In this document: piece after piece, positions 35,165 to 42,401 of the stretch
Position numbering within the stretch: the stretch's first letter is position 1
Layout of the letters: the number at the start of each line of letters is the position of its first letter
Source: Bacteroidales bacterium
Lineage (GTDB): Bacteria; Bacteroidota; Bacteroidia; Bacteroidales; UBA1556
Assembly: GCA_029932765.1 (NCBI GenBank)
Contig: JAOZPM010000005.1
Location: forward strand, 1 to 42,401
Length of the DNA: 42,401 nt
Direction: 5' to 3'
Made by a program: the position numbers and the translations under genes
Notes under the pieces: generated by a model
Seen by the model: only the letters and a program-made list of their open reading frames with translations
Databases searched by the model: none
Told to the model about the DNA's origin: nothing

Positions 35165-36052
35165 CTAACGATATCTTTTGGATCGTTTTCTACCATATTT
35201 TTTACGTTGTTTCATTGCCTTTTTATTAGCTTTGGTTTGCATTACTACTCGCTTTCTTTTATTAAAAGCACGTATGGACGGGTCACTAGATTTTCCATTA
35301 TGACGCACATAACGATTACTAACGCCCCAATGACCAGGAAGCTTAAAAAAGTATGTAACACCTATATTAATCATATTTAGACGTTCCGACGTTGTACCAT
35401 CAACGGGATAAGCATCAACTTTATTGCTGAATATAACATGTGATGTAAACTCCCCAAATACGGAAAAGCTCTTATTTATATTATATCTTACACCAAGGCC
35501 AAAAGGCATTGTAAATTCTGTAAGTCTATTGGGGCCACGACCTTCTTTCTTAACTGTATAACCTTCTTTTGCAATTACAGAATCAGTATTCAAATCATAT
35601 AATTCGCTTCTAATTTCAGAAAGACCTACTCCCAAAAACGCATATACATTATACTTGCGATACTTATCAATACCAAGAAAAGCATTTGTAAGGTCAAATA
35701 CCGCGGAAATAGAGTATTCAAATAAATTACCTTTAAAATATATCTTCTCTGATTCCTTAGTACTCTTCATTATAGAGTACATAAACAAACCTTTAATACC
35801 AAAATAGGGATTAAACATTTTATCGAGATAAATTCCCAGACCTACTCTACGATCTTGATAGAAATATTTACTAAATGGATTATTATCTTTAAAGCTATTT
35901 GCATTATCTGAGACGTCACCATTGAAACGAGTTGCTCCTACAAAGAAACTAGTATTCCAATGGTTGGCAAACTTATAATGGTTTTGTGCATTTACAGTAG
36001 TAGCTATAAATGTTATAAATAGAATAAAGATGTAGAATAATATTTTTCTCAT
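35165..36052 (-). CDS. Outer-membrane beta-barrel protein with a Lys/Arg-rich C-terminal tail
   Basis: It has a signal peptide and alternating beta-strand patterns. The last ~45 aa are highly basic (KRKRVVMQTKANKKAMKQRKKYGRKRSKRYR). Confidence 0.6.
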   Translation of the reverse strand: MRKILFYIFILFITFIATTVNAQNHYKFANHWNTSFFVGATRFNGDVSDNANSFKDNNPFSKYFYQDRRVGLGIYLDKMFNPYFGIKGLFMYSIMKSTKESEKIYFKGNLFEYSISAVFDLTNAFLGIDKYRKYNVYAFLGVGLSEIRSELYDLNTDSVIAKEGYTVKKEGRGPNRLTEFTMPFGLGVRYNINKSFSVFGEFTSHVIFSNKVDAYPVDGTTSERLNMINIGVTYFFKLPGHWGVSNRYVRHNGKSSDPSIRAFNKRKRVVMQTKANKKAMKQRKKYGRKRSKRYR

Positions 36053-36091
36053 GTAGTAACCTCTGTATTTTTACAGTAATTTTAAGCACTG

Positions 36092-36099
36092 CAAATTTA
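36092..36099 (-). promoter_or_regulatory. -7 promoter box (TAAATTTG on the minus strand)
   Basis: TAnnTTTG match 40 nt upstream of the start at 36052. Confidence 0.4.
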
Positions 36100-36185
36100 G
36101 TAAAAAAGCTTGCTAATACTACAAAAACTTAATAAATAACAATCCCTAATTACATTATTTTGCTAGAAACATTATTGACATACTA

Positions 36186-38144
36186 CTATTGATTCCCTAT
36201 TAACCTAATAGACTTCCCTAAAAGAATTAGGTCAATATTAACTCTATAGTTTCGTGCATAGGCAATATTCAAAGTTTCTATTTCTTTTAAATTAAATTTA
36301 TCATTAGCCATATCTGAAGGATGTAGGATGCTATTTTTAAGTTTTGGAAGCTGAATACCATCAATTATATCAAACCCTACAAATGTCTTTATACCAAAAA
36401 TTACTGAAATTAAATTCTTTAATGCTCCAAATGGTTTTTTATAAATAAGAAAACTAAGCGGAAAAGAAACCAACAATATTATACCTATAACGAAATCGAA
36501 TAGTCTTTTAAATCTTTTATTTGCATCTTTATTAATAGCATTTATTTCAACAAAATAAATATCACTGGAAGTATTTATTGAATTAGAGCCTATAATATAC
36601 ATACTCTCTGATGGTGCTATTTTATACTCCATATTTGGAAGTTTCAGACTAGTCATCATATCTATAATTTGAGCTGCCCCAAAATCTTTTGCACAGAAAA
36701 TAAGCTCGTCAATCTTATGTATTCTAACAATCTCTTCCAACTGCGAAACAATACCCAAAACAGAAGTAGAGTTTCTTCTATCAGCATCAGTATCAGTAAG
36801 TATTTTTGAGGCAAAAGAAGCATCTATATTAATCTGATCCATTAGTTTTAAAACTCTACTCGACTCATTATCACTGCCAACAATAGCTATTCGTTTTGCT
36901 GAAACATTACCAAATTTAAAGCTTGAAAAACCAACTAAATAGGATAAATAACGCCATGCAATCATAATAATTGGGGAAATAACTGCACCAAATAAAATTA
37001 TAGCTCTTGAGAAACGATAGGTTTCTGGCAAGAGTGAATACACAACCAATGTTAACATAACTCCTATTAGCTGACCCAATACAATCCTATATATCTTAAT
37101 GGGTTTAGAATAACCACCAGCATAGTATATAACAGTTTGCCAACCAGCTACTATCAACGGAATAAAAAGGTATAAGAATAAATCAGGATACTTCTGACTT
37201 TCTCCAAAAATAAGCTCTGCCCAATATTTTGCAGTAAGGATTAGAGCTGTATTTATAAGAATAAAATCTATAGTAGATTCCAACATCTTGCGAAAAAAAC
37301 TAGCAACTACAGAAATAAAAGCCCTAAGAATTATAGCAGCATTTATAAGAATGCTAAATAGTTTTGCATTTTCTTTAGAATAGTGTTTTTTGGCAAATAT
37401 CACCATTGCATTATAAAAAACATATACATAATTAACGGAGTTTTTCTTCGTACTTTCTCCCTTATAATGAATAATTCTAGTTTTAGGAAAATAATAATTC
37501 TTATATCCTCCCAAAATTATACGATATGACAAATCGATATCCTCACCATACATAAAGAAATCTTCATCCAATAAACCTACTTTATCAAGAGTGGTTTTAC
37601 GCATTAACATAAAAGCTCCTGCAAGAATTTCCACTTCATGAATTTCATCATTACTAAGATGTCCCTGGTGATAGGATGCAAATTTCTTTGATTTAGGAAA
37701 TATTTTTGATATGCCAAACATTTTATAAAAAGCGGACTGTGGAGTTGGCAACCCTCTTTTTGATTCTGGTAAGAATCTACCCTTTCCATCGAGCATTTTT
37801 ACTCCCAAGCCACCTGCATCAGGATGAGAATCCATAAATGCTACTGTGGTTTCAAAAGTATCGGCTTCAACAATAGTATCAGGATTAAGTAAAAGAATAT
37901 ACTCTCCCTTTGAGATTCGTATTCCTTGATTATTTGCTTTCGAAAAGCCAACATTATCTTTATTGGCAATAAGCTTAATATCAGGAAACCTTTTTCCCAT
38001 CATTTGCAGCGAACCATCAACAGAATTATTATCAACAACAATTATCTCAGTATCAACATATTTTGCAGCTACCAAGGCAGAATCAATGCATTGTTCCAAA
38101 AAATGTTCAACATTATAATTAACTATTATTACTGATAATTTCAT
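36186..38144 (-). CDS. Family 2 glycosyltransferase fused to a polytopic membrane region and a sugar-phosphotransferase-like C-terminal scaffold
   Basis: - N-terminus: GT2 (LSVIIVNYNVEHFLEQCIDS, VVDNNSVDGS, the DED of FMYGEDIDL).
- Middle: about 4-5 TM helices.
- Then a Rossmann-like segment (RIAIVGSDNESSRVL...IDELIFC).
- Then KRLFDFVIGIILLVSFPL, the typical N-terminal helix of bacterial sugar transferases. Confidence 0.75.
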   Translation of the reverse strand: MKLSVIIVNYNVEHFLEQCIDSALVAAKYVDTEIIVVDNNSVDGSLQMMGKRFPDIKLIANKDNVGFSKANNQGIRISKGEYILLLNPDTIVEADTFETTVAFMDSHPDAGGLGVKMLDGKGRFLPESKRGLPTPQSAFYKMFGISKIFPKSKKFASYHQGHLSNDEIHEVEILAGAFMLMRKTTLDKVGLLDEDFFMYGEDIDLSYRIILGGYKNYYFPKTRIIHYKGESTKKNSVNYVYVFYNAMVIFAKKHYSKENAKLFSILINAAIILRAFISVVASFFRKMLESTIDFILINTALILTAKYWAELIFGESQKYPDLFLYLFIPLIVAGWQTVIYYAGGYSKPIKIYRIVLGQLIGVMLTLVVYSLLPETYRFSRAIILFGAVISPIIMIAWRYLSYLVGFSSFKFGNVSAKRIAIVGSDNESSRVLKLMDQINIDASFASKILTDTDADRRNSTSVLGIVSQLEEIVRIHKIDELIFCAKDFGAAQIIDMMTSLKLPNMEYKIAPSESMYIIGSNSINTSSDIYFVEINAINKDANKRFKRLFDFVIGIILLVSFPLSFLIYKKPFGALKNLISVIFGIKTFVGFDIIDGIQLPKLKNSILHPSDMANDKFNLKEIETLNIAYARNYRVNIDLILLGKSIRLIGNQ

Positions 38145-38158
38145 TGCGTGTTATTTAA

Positions 38159-39694
38159 CTAATTCATTATATAATGAATACCTGCTCCAGGGCCCAAAGG
38201 TAAGCCTAATAATAACCAAGCTACTAATAATATTATCCAAACTACCAGAAACACCATTGAGTATGGGACCATGGTGGCAATAATAGTACCTATACCAGCC
38301 TTTGAATCGTATTTATGTACAAAAGCTATTATCAGAGCAAAGAAGCTCATCATTGGCGATATAACATTTGTAACACTATCACCAATACGATATACTACTT
38401 GCGAAAGCTCAGGGGAATAACCCATTATCATAAACATAGGAATAAAAATTGGTGCAAGAATAGCCCATTTTGCAGAAGCACTACCCATTAGCATATTAAT
38501 ACTTGCCGAAAGCAGAATAAACAATATCATAAGTGGAATAAGTCCAATATCTGCAGACATTAGTACGTTTGCACCTTTTACAGCGAGAATAATTCCAAGA
38601 TTACTCCACTTAAAATAAGCCACAAACTGAGCTGCAAAAAACACTAGTACAATATAGGTAGAAAGAGTTTTCATTGAAGAAGCCATACCTTTCATTACAT
38701 CAGCATCACTTTTAAACTTTCCAGTAGTAATACCATAGGCTAATCCTGATGATCCTGCAGATATAAAAAGCAATGCAACAACACCTTTAATTAGCGGAGA
38801 AGATAAAACTCCACCATCTTTACCTCTAAAAAAACCATCTTCGGGAATAATACCAATTAAAGTAATAGCTGTGATAACACCTATTGCCAATAAAGCCATC
38901 AAAAGTCCTTTTTTTTCTAATTTAGAGAGAGTATCAAAAGAATCTTCGCTATCTACATCACCTGTATACTTACCTAAACGAGGTTCTACAATCTTATCAG
39001 TAACAATAGTACCTGCAATAGCAATTACAAAAGTTGAAACTACCATAAAATAATAATTTGCTGTAGGATTAACAGAGTAATTTGGATCGAGAATATGAGC
39101 TGCTTCAGTTGACAAACCCGCAAGAAGAGGATCTACTGTTCCTAGAATTAAATTAGCACTAAAACCCCCTGATACTCCAGCAAAAGCAGCAGCCATTCCT
39201 GCAATAGGATGCCTACCTACAGCAATAAAGACAACTCCAGCTAAAGGAATTAGAAGAACATATCCCACATCAGAGGCTACATTAGATAATATTCCTGAAA
39301 ATACAAGAATAAAAGTAAGCATTGAGGAAGGAGCCTTTATTACAAGCAAACGAATTATTGAATTTATTAGCCCACTATACTCTGCAATCCCTATCCCAAG
39401 CATTGCTACTAATACAATTCCTAATGGTGCAAAACCTGTGAAATTATCAACCATTTCTAATAATATCCTATGAATACCATCATGCGATAATAAATTCACT
39501 GGCTTTATTAATTCCTGAGTTCCAGGATGAATCGCTTCCCAACCCAAATAATGGCCTATCGCCGAAAATACTAATGCTGCTAGAGCAAATAAAGCAAACA
39601 ATGTTGCAGGATGTGGCAAAGCATTTCCTGCTCGCTCGGTCCAATTTAGCATTTTTTGAAATATTCCTATTTTTCCCGTCTTAGTATCTAACAT
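38159..39694 (-). CDS. AbgT-family transporter (p-aminobenzoyl-glutamate/antimetabolite efflux family)
   Basis: 511 aa, polytopic. The N-terminus LNWTERAGNALPHPATLFALFA is typical of AbgT/MtrF. Confidence 0.85.
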   Translation of the reverse strand: MLDTKTGKIGIFQKMLNWTERAGNALPHPATLFALFALAALVFSAIGHYLGWEAIHPGTQELIKPVNLLSHDGIHRILLEMVDNFTGFAPLGIVLVAMLGIGIAEYSGLINSIIRLLVIKAPSSMLTFILVFSGILSNVASDVGYVLLIPLAGVVFIAVGRHPIAGMAAAFAGVSGGFSANLILGTVDPLLAGLSTEAAHILDPNYSVNPTANYYFMVVSTFVIAIAGTIVTDKIVEPRLGKYTGDVDSEDSFDTLSKLEKKGLLMALLAIGVITAITLIGIIPEDGFFRGKDGGVLSSPLIKGVVALLFISAGSSGLAYGITTGKFKSDADVMKGMASSMKTLSTYIVLVFFAAQFVAYFKWSNLGIILAVKGANVLMSADIGLIPLMILFILLSASINMLMGSASAKWAILAPIFIPMFMIMGYSPELSQVVYRIGDSVTNVISPMMSFFALIIAFVHKYDSKAGIGTIIATMVPYSMVFLVVWIILLVAWLLLGLPLGPGAGIHYIMN

Positions 39695-39699
39695 ATTTT

Positions 39700-40257
39700 T
39701 TATTTATATACTTCATCAGGAAGAGTAAAGCCTTCTTTAATTCTGCCTTCCATATCTTTATAATATTTCATTAGCTCAATAGTATCTTTTTCAAAATTAT
39801 CAGTAGTAAAGAACACATCTTGCATACCACAAGTTTTAGTTTTATAATCTATAAATCCAACAATAACTGGAATATTAGCTCCTCGCGCAATACGATGATA
39901 ACCTGTTTTCCATGTTAACTGGGCAGTCCGTTTACCCTCTGGAGCAATAGTAAGTAAAAACTCATCATTTTTATTAATCTCATTTACAACATCTTCTACA
40001 ACATTGTTTTTCCCTCTACGCACAGGAATTCCACCTATACTTTTAATTAAACTACCCAAAGGAAAGAAGAACGCTTCTTGTTTAATCAAATACCTTGCAT
40101 TTAAACCTAATGCTTTATATGTAAAAAATCCAATGAAAAAATCCCAATAACTTGTATGTGGAACAGTAAGCACCACGGCTTTTAGAGGAATGTTGCCTTT
40201 TATATTTAAAGCTGCTTTCCAACCGAATAACCCTAATAATATCTTAGAAAAACCCAT
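39700..40257 (-). CDS. PlsC-type acyltransferase (1-acyl-sn-glycerol-3-phosphate acyltransferase-like)
   Basis: It has the HX4D motif (PHTSYWD) and a PEG block (IAPEGKR). Confidence 0.7.
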   Translation of the reverse strand: MGFSKILLGLFGWKAALNIKGNIPLKAVVLTVPHTSYWDFFIGFFTYKALGLNARYLIKQEAFFFPLGSLIKSIGGIPVRRGKNNVVEDVVNEINKNDEFLLTIAPEGKRTAQLTWKTGYHRIARGANIPVIVGFIDYKTKTCGMQDVFFTTDNFEKDTIELMKYYKDMEGRIKEGFTLPDEVYK

Positions 40258-40259
40258 AA

Positions 40260-42302
<2,043 letters not shown>

Positions 42303-42348
42303 TTAAGTATATTATAAAATACAACTGATAGAATTAAAAAAAAGTCCA

Positions 42349-42383
42349 TAAAAAAAGCCCCATCCTGTTTCCAGAATGAGGCT
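42349..42383 (-). terminator. Strong rho-independent terminator of a gene lying beyond the right window edge
   Basis: The minus strand reads AGCCTCATTCTG-GAAA-CAGGATGGGGCT, a 12-bp stem with two G-U pairs and a GAAA tetraloop, followed by T7. Confidence 0.7.
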
Positions 42384-42401
42384 ATATGTCTGTGGCGACG
42401 A

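Overview
This is a visibly AT-rich 42.4 kb chromosomal segment that looks like a Bacteroidota genome. The evidence is a TAnnTTTG '-7' promoter box upstream of most transcription units, a FeoA-FeoB fusion, TPR/TolB-like/OmpA envelope proteins and a Cys-lipobox lipoprotein.

Most of the content is housekeeping:
- RNA genes: two identical tRNA-Lys(UUU) genes.
- Transport: an MFS transporter, feoAB, a ClC channel and an AbgT transporter.
- DNA and RNA functions: uvrB, ligA, miaA and argS.
- Metabolism and envelope: a class V aminotransferase, 5-formyl-THF cyclo-ligase, an M16 peptidase, an MBL hydrolase, an acyl-CoA ligase, wecB and a GT2 enzyme.

Most convergent gene pairs are separated by clear bidirectional hairpin terminators.

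The most unusual locus is 8914-14786. A single 1710-aa ORF encodes a complete SLC12-type cation-chloride cotransporter followed by a tail of about 980 aa. The tail is a long N/K/I-rich helical region ending in an FxxRExEL/P-loop ATPase plus a winged helix. This ORF is translationally coupled (TAATG overlap) to a small MscS-like channel.

Other items worth a second look:
- A perfect 111-bp tandem array at the window edge. Each unit carries the last 17 nt of tRNA-Lys and a terminator hairpin.
- A free-standing NUMOD4/HNH homing-endonuclease-like gene.
- An orphan ATPase (Arch_ATPase/DUF234 class) behind a 333-bp AT-rich leader that contains a palindrome.
- A GT2 enzyme fused to what looks like a catalytically gutted sugar-phosphotransferase scaffold.
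- Two unrecognisable small or medium ORFs.

I saw no CRISPR array, transposase, integrase or rRNA. No database search was possible, so every novelty statement is unverified.
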